Virus record (IMG/VR): IMGVR_UViG_3300014204_000107
Location: 1 to 43,467 of that record
Source: a virus
Lineage: Duplodnaviria > Heunggongvirae > Uroviricota > Caudoviricetes
Reading direction: 5' to 3' (one strand)
Length of the DNA: 43,467 nucleotides
Positions 9,099 through 19,359 of the stretch are shown one piece after another; the stretch's first letter is position 1; each line of letters starts with the position of its first letter. The notes beneath the pieces were generated by a model, which was not told the origin of the DNA, did not search any database, and was given only the letters and a program-made list of their open reading frames with translations. The position numbers and the translations under genes were made by a program.

Positions 9099-10115
9099 AT
9101 GAAAACAGCATTGGTATTAGGCGCTGGTGGGTTCATTGGTAGCCATTTGGTTAGACGTTTAAAATCAGAGGGGTATTGGGTTCGAGGTGTAGATTTAAAA
9201 TATCCGGAATTTTGGGCAACAGAAGCAGATCATTTTATTATTGGGGATTTACGAAACCCTAATTTAGTATTGGACGTATTTGAGTTTGCTGGGTATAATA
9301 AAAATCCATGGGACACTTATGCATCTATTGCAAATAATAAGTTTGATGAAGTATATCAACTTGCTGCTGATATGGGAGGTGCTGGGTTTGTATTTACGGG
9401 GGCCCACGATGCAGACATATTGCATAATTCAGCACTAATAAATTTAAATGTATCCAAATGTGCAGTAAAGTGTGGTGTCAATAAAATATTTTACTCTTCC
9501 TCTGCGTGTATATACCCTGCACGAAATCAAACTGACCCAAATAATCCAAAATGTTCAGAAGATACTGCGTATCCTGCCGACCCCGACAGTGAATACGGAT
9601 GGGAAAAGCTTTTCAGTGAACATTTATATAAATCATTTGAAAAAAATTATGGATTAAATGTAAGAATCGCTAGATTTCATAATATCTTTGGTCCATATGG
9701 AACTTGGTCTGACGGCAGGGAGAAAGCTCCAGCAGCATTTTGTAGAAAAATTGCAGAAATATCAGATGGTGGTGAAATTGAAATGTGGGGAGATGGCAAA
9801 CAAACAAGATCATTTTTATATATAGACGAATGTTTGGATGGTATTAGGCGGTTAATGGATTCAAATTATAGTGAACCAATAAATATTGGTTCAGAAGAAA
9901 TGGTTTCGATTAATAAACTTGCAGAAATGATAACTGAAATATCAAATAAAAACATTCATATTAAACACATAGATGGGCCATTGGGCGTTAGAGGAAGAAA
10001 TTCTGATAATACCTTAATTAGATCAATTTTAAATTGGGAACCAAAACAGCCACTATATGATGGATTAGTTAAAACGTATAATTGGATAAACGAGCAAGTA
10101 CATGGAAAAGAATAA
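9099..10115 (+). CDS. NAD-dependent epimerase, GDP-mannose 3,5-epimerase-like
   Basis: Start moved to MKTALVLGAGGFIG; QLAADMGG, SSACIYP, DSEYGWEKL, GREKAPAAFCRK, GVRGRNSDN. Confidence 0.85.
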   Translation: MKTALVLGAGGFIGSHLVRRLKSEGYWVRGVDLKYPEFWATEADHFIIGDLRNPNLVLDVFEFAGYNKNPWDTYASIANNKFDEVYQLAADMGGAGFVFTGAHDADILHNSALINLNVSKCAVKCGVNKIFYSSSACIYPARNQTDPNNPKCSEDTAYPADPDSEYGWEKLFSEHLYKSFEKNYGLNVRIARFHNIFGPYGTWSDGREKAPAAFCRKIAEISDGGEIEMWGDGKQTRSFLYIDECLDGIRRLMDSNYSEPINIGSEEMVSINKLAEMITEISNKNIHIKHIDGPLGVRGRNSDNTLIRSILNWEPKQPLYDGLVKTYNWINEQVHGKE

Positions 10116-10635
10116 GTTAGCATTAAATAGAAGAGAACTATATATAAAATATAAGTTTAATCATAATATCTTCGTTGAAACGGGCACTCATCATGGAGCA
10201 GCAATAGTTGCAGCATTAGAACTTGGGTTTAAAAAAATATTATCTGTTGAAATAGAGGAAGAGTTATATGATAGTAATGTTGCTCAATTTCAGACTGAAA
10301 TTCATAATGGTATTGTACATTTATTTCATGGTGATTCAAAAGATAGATTACCAAGTATGCTGGAATTAGTTACAGAACCCGCATTATTTTGGCTTGATGC
10401 ACATTATGGAAGTGGGCTACCAATGTGGAATGAGTTAAATATAATTAAAAACCACCCCATTAATACTCATACAATTATGATAGATGACATACCAATATAT
10501 TTCGGAGCTGGCGATCAAGTTAAAGGTATGCTATTAAATATAAATTATAATTATAAATTTGCAATGGAAGGTGCAATTAATGAAGAACAACCATGGATAT
10601 CATATGATAATTACAGATTAATAGCATATATTTAA
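10102..10635 (+). CDS. Class I SAM-dependent methyltransferase-like protein
   Basis: FVETGTHHG motif I, SVEI, GDS, FWLDAH, IDD. Confidence 0.65.
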   Translation: MEKNKLALNRRELYIKYKFNHNIFVETGTHHGAAIVAALELGFKKILSVEIEEELYDSNVAQFQTEIHNGIVHLFHGDSKDRLPSMLELVTEPALFWLDAHYGSGLPMWNELNIIKNHPINTHTIMIDDIPIYFGAGDQVKGMLLNINYNYKFAMEGAINEEQPWISYDNYRLIAYI

Positions 10636-10636
10636 T

Positions 10637-11740
10637 ATGAATAATTTTCAATATGATTATTTAATAGTTGGTGCTGGACTTTTTGGGTCGGTGTTTGCAA
10701 GAGAGATGTCGGATAAAGGATATTCTTGCTTGGTAATTGATAAAAGAAATCATATTGGTGGCAATTGTTATTCTGAAGAAATAAATAATATTATTGCTCA
10801 TATGTACGGCCCGCATATATTTCATACTTCAGATATAGAGGTATGGCAGTATATTAATAAATTTGCATCATTTAATAATTTTAGTTATAGACCAAAAGTA
10901 ATATTTAATGATAAATTATATTCGTTTCCGATTAATTTAATGAGTTTATATCAAGTATTTGGTGTAAAAACACCGGAAGAGGCACGTAAGAAATTAGAAG
11001 ATGTAAAAATAAAATTTGATAACCCATTAAACTTTGAAGATTGGATATTATCACAAATTGGTTTAGAACTATATAATATATTTATTAAGGGATATACGCA
11101 AAAACAATGGGGAAAACTACCATCGTTATTACCAAGTAGTATAATTAAACGATTACCAATTCGATTAACATATGATGATAATTATTTTAATGACACCTAC
11201 CAAGGCATTCCAATTGGGGGATATACCAGTATATTTAAAAAATTGTTATCCGGCATAGAAATAAAATTAAACACCAATTATTTTGATAATACAGAATACT
11301 TTAACTCAATTAGTAAAAGAATAGTTTATACTGGCGCAATTGATCAATTTTATAATTATAAATTTGGTAAATTACAATACAGAAGCCTTAATTTTGAAAC
11401 TATATATTTAGACATTAACGATTATCAAGGCAATGCAGCAATAAATTATTCAGACGTTACAATACCATGGACTCGCATTATTGAACATAAACATTTTGAA
11501 TTTGGAACTCAGCCAAATACAATTATTACAAAAGAATTCCCAACAGAAATCGGCGAGCCATATTATCCAATTAATGATGATGAAAATAATAAAAAATATA
11601 GACAATACAAAAATGAATCAAATAATCAATCAACTGTTTTTTTTGGTGGAAGATTGGCAGAATATAAATATTACGATATGCACCAAGTAATTGCTGCAGC
11701 ATTAAACATAGTTAAATTAGAAACCCAAACCAATATATAA
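10637..11740 (+). CDS. glf: UDP-galactopyranose mutase
   Basis: IVGAGLFG, RNHIGGN, YGPHIFHT, YTQKQWG, EPYYP, GRLAEYKYYDMHQ. Confidence 0.95.
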   Translation: MNNFQYDYLIVGAGLFGSVFAREMSDKGYSCLVIDKRNHIGGNCYSEEINNIIAHMYGPHIFHTSDIEVWQYINKFASFNNFSYRPKVIFNDKLYSFPINLMSLYQVFGVKTPEEARKKLEDVKIKFDNPLNFEDWILSQIGLELYNIFIKGYTQKQWGKLPSLLPSSIIKRLPIRLTYDDNYFNDTYQGIPIGGYTSIFKKLLSGIEIKLNTNYFDNTEYFNSISKRIVYTGAIDQFYNYKFGKLQYRSLNFETIYLDINDYQGNAAINYSDVTIPWTRIIEHKHFEFGTQPNTIITKEFPTEIGEPYYPINDDENNKKYRQYKNESNNQSTVFFGGRLAEYKYYDMHQVIAAALNIVKLETQTNI

Positions 11741-12708
11741 TGGCAAATAAAACAATTGCAGTATTTAGCAATATAACTACAGAAAAGTTCTTGGCACACA
11801 CAACTGAGATAAAAAAATATACAGAATTAGGCGCATTATATGGTAAAGATCAAACCAGGTATAATGAATATGCCAGATGTGCAATTGATAGTTTTAAAAA
11901 ATGGCACCCGGACATAGAAACCATTTATATTAATGATGATAATTTGTTAGAATATTTGCATTTATTTGGTGATGCAAAAATATCAAATAATGCAGTTGTG
12001 CAAAAATTAATATTGGCATTAGAATCAATGAAATATTATAATGCAAATAAATTAATTATATTAGATATTGATCTTATAGTTTGTGCCAGATTAACAGAAA
12101 TGTTAGAGGATGACACCACAGATATGCTGTTAAGTATGAACTATAATAGATATGAAACAACAGAATTTTGGGCACCCCCAAAATATGTGATGCAAACGCA
12201 AAACGGGCAAACATTTGAGGAAATATTAAACATTAACACTGGTGTAATGTGCTTTAATAATATTAATGCATTATCAAGGGCAGTAGAATTATGTTTAATA
12301 CACCCAACCATATTTGGCGAACAAGGAGCTATTAATGAATTAGCAGTAATGGAACAATCATATTCGTATAAAATGCTGGATGGCCCATATATTATGAGTA
12401 GTGTTGCTTATAATGTTAAATCAAAAGGTGTGGATGAATCAGGATTAATATTCGATATAGCAGAATATAACCCAACAAAGTCATATATACGAAATTGGTA
12501 TGTTAAAGATAATAAACTATATACGCCAGACCATAAACAAATTAAAGTATGGCATATAGCGGAAGGATTCCATGGCAGGCCCGATGAGGATTTCAAGCAA
12601 TTGACATACAGATATAAAAATAAATTGTTTAATCCTGCAACTATTGAGTTTTTTGAAACTGAATGTAATTGTAAAAACTTTTTTACATATGATGAAAACA
12701 GTATATAA
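11740..12708 (+). CDS. GT-A nucleotide-diphospho-sugar transferase (GT8-like), paralog of 20475..21410
   Basis: LDIDLIV DxD, NINTGV, EQGAINE, shared WYVKDNKLYT.DHK.IK..H.AEG block. Confidence 0.7.
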   Translation: MANKTIAVFSNITTEKFLAHTTEIKKYTELGALYGKDQTRYNEYARCAIDSFKKWHPDIETIYINDDNLLEYLHLFGDAKISNNAVVQKLILALESMKYYNANKLIILDIDLIVCARLTEMLEDDTTDMLLSMNYNRYETTEFWAPPKYVMQTQNGQTFEEILNINTGVMCFNNINALSRAVELCLIHPTIFGEQGAINELAVMEQSYSYKMLDGPYIMSSVAYNVKSKGVDESGLIFDIAEYNPTKSYIRNWYVKDNKLYTPDHKQIKVWHIAEGFHGRPDEDFKQLTYRYKNKLFNPATIEFFETECNCKNFFTYDENSI

Positions 12709-14611
12709 ACCGTGGGGTAAGGAAGAATGGCTAGAATTAAATGAATTTTATTGCTATAAAAGAATATATATTAATTCTGGGTATAAAACCAGTTTTCAAT
12801 ATCATAATACTAAAATTGAAACAAATTATATTATAGCTGGTACGGCAGAGGTATGGCTTGAAAACGACATTGGAGTTATAGTTAAAAGCATAATGTCTGC
12901 TGGAGATTTTTTTACTGTGATGCCGCTAAAAAAGCATAGGGTGATAGCAATGTCTGATATTATCTTGCAGGAAGTATCAACCCCGCAAGTAGATGATGTT
13001 ATAAGAATCAACGATGAATTTTTAAGAGGAAATGGCAAAATTGAAGATGAACAAAAAATACCCGCAGTACTAATATTAGCATCTGGTATTGGTAGTCGCT
13101 TGGGCAACTTAACGAAAAACATAAATAAATCATTAATACCCATTAATAGCAAAGCAATAATATCGTATATAATAAACAAATTTCCAAAAGAATATGATAT
13201 TATAATTAGTGTGGGATATAAAGGAGAATTAATTAAAGAATATTGTCAAATTGTGCATTCAGATAGAAATATTATATATGTTGATATTAATAACTTCGAT
13301 GGTCCCGGCAGTGGACCAGGAGTGTCTGCGTTAAGATGTGCAGAATATTTACAGAGACCGTTTTATTTAACTGTTGCAGACTGTATTATAGATTCAGAGT
13401 TGCCACCGTTAGATAGTAATTGGTTAGGTGTACAAGATACAAGTTCGCCGGAAAAATACGCTACAGTAAAGGCAGATAATGGTGCAGCAACCCATATTAT
13501 TAATAAAAGTTATGATGGATATGAATATGCATTTATTGGGTTAGCAGGAATTAGAGAGTATAGCATATTTTGGCAAGAACTCAATAATAACATTGAAAAT
13601 GGTGAATTGATATCGGCATTTAAAAATTTAAATGCATACACTACAATGCATATTAAACAATTAAATTGGTTTGACACTGGTAATTTAGACTCTTTAAATA
13701 AAACTAATGAACATTTTAATACTGATGTATTATCTTTACATAAGGAAACTGACGAGTTAATATATAATGATACAAAAATTATTAAATATAATGCAAATCC
13801 AGAAATAATTAGATTTAAATCGCATAGGGCAAAAATATTAAAAGATTTAATCCCAGCCAATTTTAGTGCAACAAAAAACTTTATTTATTATGATTGGGAA
13901 CCGGGCAAAACAGTTTATGAATTTGATTCGATTGAAGTGTACGATAAGTTTCTTGATTTTTATTCCACTATAATTAATAATTCTATTAAGAATTATGCGG
14001 CCCCCTCATTATATGAAGAATTTTATGTTAGCAAAACTACAATGAGAAAAAATATGTTTATCACTAGATTTGGCGCTAAATATTATGCTGATAAATTCAC
14101 AATTAATTATAATTCGCATGATTCATTGGAAAATATATTATCCAAATTTGATTTTACCGCACTATATCCAGATTTTGGTAGATTATGTTATTCTTCTTTT
14201 CACGGAGATTTGCAATTTGACAATATAATATACAATCAAGAATTAGAAAAATTTACATATATTGATTGGAGGGACTCTTTTGCAAACTATGTTGAGGGCG
14301 GTGATATATATTATGATTTAGCTAAGTTATATGGTGGATGCTTGATTCCATATAATATGATGAAAAAAGCAAACGCAATAGAATATTTTGAAGGTTCAAG
14401 CAATATTAGTTATACATACAGCATAAGTAATAATCTTAAAAAGTTTAGGGTAAATTACGAACGGTGGATTATTTCAAACGGATATAATTTAGATAGGGTG
14501 AGAATGCTAACTGCAATCATATTTTTAAATATGGCAGCCTTGCATGACGAAAAATTTAGCAAATTATTGTGGTTTAAATCAATAGAAATGCTTTCAGAGT
14601 ATGTTAAATAA
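12689..14611 (+). CDS. Tri-domain fusion: cupin + sugar nucleotidyltransferase + choline/aminoglycoside-kinase-like domain
   Basis: Likely start 12689 or 12692; KPWG..FQYH..K.ET cupin; LILASGIGSRL..K.L NTP-transferase motif; HGDLQFDNI...IDWR...YYDLAKL kinase motifs. Confidence 0.8.
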   Translation: MMKTVYKPWGKEEWLELNEFYCYKRIYINSGYKTSFQYHNTKIETNYIIAGTAEVWLENDIGVIVKSIMSAGDFFTVMPLKKHRVIAMSDIILQEVSTPQVDDVIRINDEFLRGNGKIEDEQKIPAVLILASGIGSRLGNLTKNINKSLIPINSKAIISYIINKFPKEYDIIISVGYKGELIKEYCQIVHSDRNIIYVDINNFDGPGSGPGVSALRCAEYLQRPFYLTVADCIIDSELPPLDSNWLGVQDTSSPEKYATVKADNGAATHIINKSYDGYEYAFIGLAGIREYSIFWQELNNNIENGELISAFKNLNAYTTMHIKQLNWFDTGNLDSLNKTNEHFNTDVLSLHKETDELIYNDTKIIKYNANPEIIRFKSHRAKILKDLIPANFSATKNFIYYDWEPGKTVYEFDSIEVYDKFLDFYSTIINNSIKNYAAPSLYEEFYVSKTTMRKNMFITRFGAKYYADKFTINYNSHDSLENILSKFDFTALYPDFGRLCYSSFHGDLQFDNIIYNQELEKFTYIDWRDSFANYVEGGDIYYDLAKLYGGCLIPYNMMKKANAIEYFEGSSNISYTYSISNNLKKFRVNYERWIISNGYNLDRVRMLTAIIFLNMAALHDEKFSKLLWFKSIEMLSEYVK

Positions 14612-15221
14612 AGACACAAAAATATATGGTTCCTTTAGCATTGTGCCCGGAAACAATGGATGTAATTTTTTTAATTCATTATTTGAAAAAAACGGCATAA
14701 ATGCAATATATAAACCATTTGCAATTACAGATATTGAAGAAGCAATAGAAGCAGCAAAGCAATTAAAATTTTCCGGTGTTGCAATTGCGGCACCATATAA
14801 AATATTAGCGTATGAATATGTTGATGTTTTACATGAAACTGCGCTTTATAGTGTATCAATTAATACTATAAAATTTAGAGATAACATTACAGTAGGATTT
14901 AATACTGATTATTTGGCAGCACTACAAATGATATTACCACATCAATCAAAATTTACATCAATATATGTATTGGGTGCTGGCGGGTTGGCTAGAGCAGTTA
15001 TTGCTGCAAGTAATAATATAGGCTACAAAGTAAATAACATAGTACGATCAAATTGGGATGACATTCGAGATATTAAAGATGGACTAATATTTAATTGCAC
15101 ACCAGTATATAATACAGTAGATAGTTCAAATATTTATATAGATTGTATAATTGGAACACCTACCGGAAATGAATTTTTTTTAATACAAGCAACAGAACAA
15201 TATAAAATATATGAACCCTAA
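14601..15221 (+). CDS. Shikimate dehydrogenase-like oxidoreductase
   Basis: APYK, SINTI, GFNTDY, LGAGGLARAV, FNCTP; the usual S.SP.MH shikimate-binding start is absent. Confidence 0.75.
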   Translation: MLNKDTKIYGSFSIVPGNNGCNFFNSLFEKNGINAIYKPFAITDIEEAIEAAKQLKFSGVAIAAPYKILAYEYVDVLHETALYSVSINTIKFRDNITVGFNTDYLAALQMILPHQSKFTSIYVLGAGGLARAVIAASNNIGYKVNNIVRSNWDDIRDIKDGLIFNCTPVYNTVDSSNIYIDCIIGTPTGNEFFLIQATEQYKIYEP

Positions 15222-16197
15222 TTATTTTATCGGCCCAATGTCAAAAAACGTTGTCGATGCAGTTTTAGAATTTAGTAATAGCCACAATGCTAAAATGGGA
15301 TTAATTCCATCTCGCAGGCAAATTGATTTTAATGGCGGTTATGTAAATAAATGGACAACAAAAGAGTTTTCAAATTATGTTAATTTTCATCAAACTGCTG
15401 CAAATATATTGATTGAACGGGACCACGCTGGCCCAATGCAAGGACACGTGGAGGATGATGGATATGATTCAATGGCACATGACGTAAGATGCATGGATAT
15501 CATTCATATTGACCCATGGAAAAAATATCCAATTTACGAAGATGGCCTGCATGCTACTATTGAATTAATAAATCATTGTAAAAATATACAACCAGGCATA
15601 TTATTTGAAGTTGGAACTGAAGAGAGTATTCGAAAATTTAGTGCTATTGAATTAGATAAATTTTTATCTGATTTAAAATCAATATTGTCCAATGATACAT
15701 ATAATTGTATAGTATATGCAGTTATCCAATCAGGAACTTCAATCAAAAATACAACGCAAACCGGCAAATACGATAGAGATAGATTAGTAGATATGTTAGA
15801 TGTTTGCCATAATCGCGGTATATTATCAAAAGAACATAATGGTGATTATATGCCAATTGAACTCATACAAGAAAAATTTAAAATTGGGTTGGATGCAATA
15901 AACATAGCACCAGAATTTGGCAATATTGAAACAGAAACGTATTTAAAAAACATAACAGATTCGCCAATGTTTGAGTTATTTTGGTTATTATGTTATAGTT
16001 CAAACAGATGGCAAAAATGGGTTGATATTAATTTTGACCCACATTCGCAGAAATATGAATTAATTCAAGTATGCGGACATTATGTGTTTTCAAATCCGTT
16101 ATTTGTTAATTACATTAAGAATCAACTACCTGATATTGATAATAAAATAAAAATAAAACTCACAGAAAAATTAAATGAATTATATGCAATTGTTTAG
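15211..16197 (+). CDS. GatZ/KbaZ-like TIM-barrel protein (putative hexose-phosphate epimerase)
   Basis: SRRQIDFNGGY, RDHAGP, IHID, EVGTEE, KEHNGDY, NIAPEF align in order with GatZ SNQV..GGY, GDHLGP, IHLD, IGTEV, EAHSTDY, KVGP. Confidence 0.7.
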   Translation: MNPNYFIGPMSKNVVDAVLEFSNSHNAKMGLIPSRRQIDFNGGYVNKWTTKEFSNYVNFHQTAANILIERDHAGPMQGHVEDDGYDSMAHDVRCMDIIHIDPWKKYPIYEDGLHATIELINHCKNIQPGILFEVGTEESIRKFSAIELDKFLSDLKSILSNDTYNCIVYAVIQSGTSIKNTTQTGKYDRDRLVDMLDVCHNRGILSKEHNGDYMPIELIQEKFKIGLDAINIAPEFGNIETETYLKNITDSPMFELFWLLCYSSNRWQKWVDINFDPHSQKYELIQVCGHYVFSNPLFVNYIKNQLPDIDNKIKIKLTEKLNELYAIV

Positions 16198-17320
16198 TAG
16201 AAACAACGATGTAATTTTTGGCAATGCCGATTTAGAGCAATTATATTGTTTTAAAAAATTTCCTATTTTTATGGGATGCACAAACCAACCACAATCAGAT
16301 GATGTGTTTGCGGATATGAATTGGTGTATTAGTGCTAATTCAGGATTAATACAATTAACTGAATTATTACCATTAGAAATACTGTATCAATTAGATCATG
16401 GGTCTGGCACTACTGGTACATTATGGGATGATCACCACACTGAATTTGCAAAATTTATATCAAAATATAATATTAATACTGCATTAGAAATTGGTGGATT
16501 GCACGGCATATTAGCTAATAAATATTTAAACATAAGTAAAGATTGCAAGTGGACTATCATAGAACCAAACCCAATGATTGAATCAAATGGCAATATAGTG
16601 GTTATTAAAGGATTCTTTGACAATAATTTTAAATCGGCAACTAAATATGATGCAATTGTGCACTCGCATGTGTTAGAGCACATATATGATCCTGATAAAT
16701 TTATGATGCATATATCGTCTTTTATGCACGATGGCTCTATTATGATATTTTCAATTCCAAATTTAGCAATAATGCTAGAGAGAAAATATACTAATTGCAT
16801 TAATTTTGAGCATAGTATATACTTAACTGAAGATTATGTAAATTATTTTCTTTCAAAGTATAAATTTAAACTAATTGAAAAACAATATTTTAAAGTAGAC
16901 CACAGCATATTTTATTGTGTGCAAAAAGATGAACAATTATCCTGCACAACCTTACCACAAGATTTATACAAATTTAATAAATGCATATTTAATGATTATA
17001 TTAATTATCATATTAGTATGATTACAAATATTAATCAAATTATTGATTCAACTAATCTACCAATATATTTATTTGGAGCACACATATTTTCGCAATATTT
17101 AATATCATTTGGATTAAACGTAAATAAAATAGAATGCGTGCTGGATAATGATGCAAGGAAACATAATCAACGGTTATATGGCACTAACTTAATGGTTAAT
17201 TCACCTGAGATATTAAAAAATATACCAAGTGGAATAGTGATTTTAAAAGCTGGCATATATAACGACGAGATTAAAAATGATATATTGCAAAATATTAATC
17301 CAAATATAATATTTATATGA
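16184..17320 (+). CDS. NDP-sugar C-methyltransferase-like SAM methyltransferase
   Basis: LEIGGLHG, HSHVLEH, SIPN, FEH, C-terminal FGA...LDND..K. Confidence 0.72.
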   Translation: MQLFSRNNDVIFGNADLEQLYCFKKFPIFMGCTNQPQSDDVFADMNWCISANSGLIQLTELLPLEILYQLDHGSGTTGTLWDDHHTEFAKFISKYNINTALEIGGLHGILANKYLNISKDCKWTIIEPNPMIESNGNIVVIKGFFDNNFKSATKYDAIVHSHVLEHIYDPDKFMMHISSFMHDGSIMIFSIPNLAIMLERKYTNCINFEHSIYLTEDYVNYFLSKYKFKLIEKQYFKVDHSIFYCVQKDEQLSCTTLPQDLYKFNKCIFNDYINYHISMITNINQIIDSTNLPIYLFGAHIFSQYLISFGLNVNKIECVLDNDARKHNQRLYGTNLMVNSPEILKNIPSGIVILKAGIYNDEIKNDILQNINPNIIFI

Positions 17321-17679
17321 TAGACAATAGAGCAAAAACAATAATATGTGATATTGATGGTACGTTGGTAAAACACTCAACACCATCGACATCATCCCAC
17401 CCAGAATATTTGCCAGAACTACTACCTGGCACACTTGCAAAATTTGCTGAATGGGATGTTAAAGGATATAACATAATACTAATGACTGGAAGAAGGGAGT
17501 CAGCAAGGGCCGCTACACAAAAACAATTGTCTAGATTGGGTATATTTTATGACCATTTAATAATGGGCATTGGTGGTGGCGAAAGAATATTAATTAACGA
17601 TTCAAAACCAAACGGCGAGGTTGCTGTGCGGTGTATAAATATTGAACGTGATAAAGGAATAATTGATGTTAACATATAA
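17317..17679 (+). CDS. Capless HAD-superfamily phosphatase
   Basis: CDIDGTL motif I, MTGR motif II, INDSK. Confidence 0.8.
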   Translation: MIDNRAKTIICDIDGTLVKHSTPSTSSHPEYLPELLPGTLAKFAEWDVKGYNIILMTGRRESARAATQKQLSRLGIFYDHLIMGIGGGERILINDSKPNGEVAVRCINIERDKGIIDVNI

Positions 17680-17682
17680 TAT

Positions 17683-19359
17683 ATGAATAAATTTAAAATC
17701 ATTACCCCGTCATTTAATAACGAACATTGGGTTGAATATTATGCAGCAAGTATATTAAATCAAACATATACTAATTACGAAGTATTATACATCGACGACA
17801 ATTCTACAGATAATACTTTGCAAAAAATAAAAAATATTGTTGGTAATTTACCTAATTGGCATATAATACACAATGATGAAAATAAGGGAGCAACATATAA
17901 TTATTTTGAATATTTAAATGATTATGCTACAGACGATAATGATATAATTATTCATTTAGATGGTGATGATTGGCTGTATGACAATGACGTTCTTGATAAA
18001 TTAAATACATTTTATATAGAAAATGATTCATGGATGACATATGGTGGTTTTATATGTTGGAATGGCAATGAACCACCAAGTTTGCCTCACCCACAATCTA
18101 CACCATATCCGGAATTTATACACGAACATAAATTGTATAGAAGAGATTTATGGCGTGCATCCCATTTGAGAACGTATAGATATTTTTTAATTAAAACAAT
18201 AAATAAAGAAGATTTAAAATCGATTATTGACGGTAAGTATTATTGGCACGCATCAGATTTGGCATTTCAATATCCATGTTTAGAAATGTGCCCAAAAAAT
18301 AAAATAGGTGTAATTGATTTTTATGCGCATGTGTACAATCATAGTAAACAAAACCAATCAAGAACACATGAAAGGGAGAATGCGGATAATTCAAAATATG
18401 AAATAGAAATACGAAATAGAAAACAATATATAGAAGGATTGTCTGGTGATAAATTACCATTAATTAACGCATTTGCAGATTATCAAGAGTACAATCAAAT
18501 ACCAACAAAATTTTCATACTGTTATATGCAGGAAAATGGTGAATTTGATATGGTATTATTATGTGATACTTACATTTTAGATTATGTTGGTGGCAAAATA
18601 AAAATAAATAAAAACGTGCCAATAGTTGCTAGATTATATGAACAGCGCGAATATTTCGGCAACCAAATATTTAATGCGGTTTTACAAAACTCTGATAAAT
18701 TTACTGCAATATTAACATATGATAAAGAATTATTAGGCAAATTACCAAATGCAGTATTCATGCCGGTTACGGAAGTTACTCAATTTAATATGTTGCCGAA
18801 TCCAAATGGATATGCGCCATATAAATCTCCCATGTTTAGTACATATGAATTGCCGGATGCGGCATTTCAAATTTATCAAAAAACTAAATTGGTTTCTGCA
18901 ATTTCATCCGCAAAGGCATTCTTGCCTGGTCATGTTACGAGATTAGAATTTATTAATAGTATTAAAGATAAAGTTGATTTATTTGGCAGAGGTATTAATG
19001 AAATACCATCTAAGCTTGATGGGCTGGCAGAGTATGCGTTTAGCGTAGCAATAGAGAATGTATATACAGACGATTACTATTTTTCTGAAAAAATAGTTGA
19101 TTGCTTTTTAACTGGTACAGTTCCAATATATTATGGCTGCCCTAATATCCATAAATTCTTTAATATGGATGGTATATTAACTTTTACATCAATAGCTGAA
19201 CTGCATAACATACTCGATTCAATATCGTTAGAAAAATATCAATCAATGCTGCCAGCAATTAAAATGAACTTTGATAAATGTTTTGAATATACATTAAATA
19301 ATGATATGATATATGATAAATTTTTTAAAAAAATAATTGAAGATGGTACTATTATTTAA
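17683..19359 (+). CDS. GT2 + GT10 (fucosyltransferase-like) fusion glycosyltransferase
   Basis: N-terminal ITPSFN..YIDDNSTD..HLDGDDWL; C-terminal FSVAIEN...YFSEKIVDCFLTGTVPIYYG. Confidence 0.8.
   Translation: MNKFKIITPSFNNEHWVEYYAASILNQTYTNYEVLYIDDNSTDNTLQKIKNIVGNLPNWHIIHNDENKGATYNYFEYLNDYATDDNDIIIHLDGDDWLYDNDVLDKLNTFYIENDSWMTYGGFICWNGNEPPSLPHPQSTPYPEFIHEHKLYRRDLWRASHLRTYRYFLIKTINKEDLKSIIDGKYYWHASDLAFQYPCLEMCPKNKIGVIDFYAHVYNHSKQNQSRTHERENADNSKYEIEIRNRKQYIEGLSGDKLPLINAFADYQEYNQIPTKFSYCYMQENGEFDMVLLCDTYILDYVGGKIKINKNVPIVARLYEQREYFGNQIFNAVLQNSDKFTAILTYDKELLGKLPNAVFMPVTEVTQFNMLPNPNGYAPYKSPMFSTYELPDAAFQIYQKTKLVSAISSAKAFLPGHVTRLEFINSIKDKVDLFGRGINEIPSKLDGLAEYAFSVAIENVYTDDYYFSEKIVDCFLTGTVPIYYGCPNIHKFFNMDGILTFTSIAELHNILDSISLEKYQSMLPAIKMNFDKCFEYTLNNDMIYDKFFKKIIEDGTII

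Noticed and set aside
14601-15221. Aromatic amino-acid biosynthesis (aroE) as an auxiliary metabolic gene
   Set aside because: No other shikimate-pathway gene, substrate motif altered, and embedded in a sugar module
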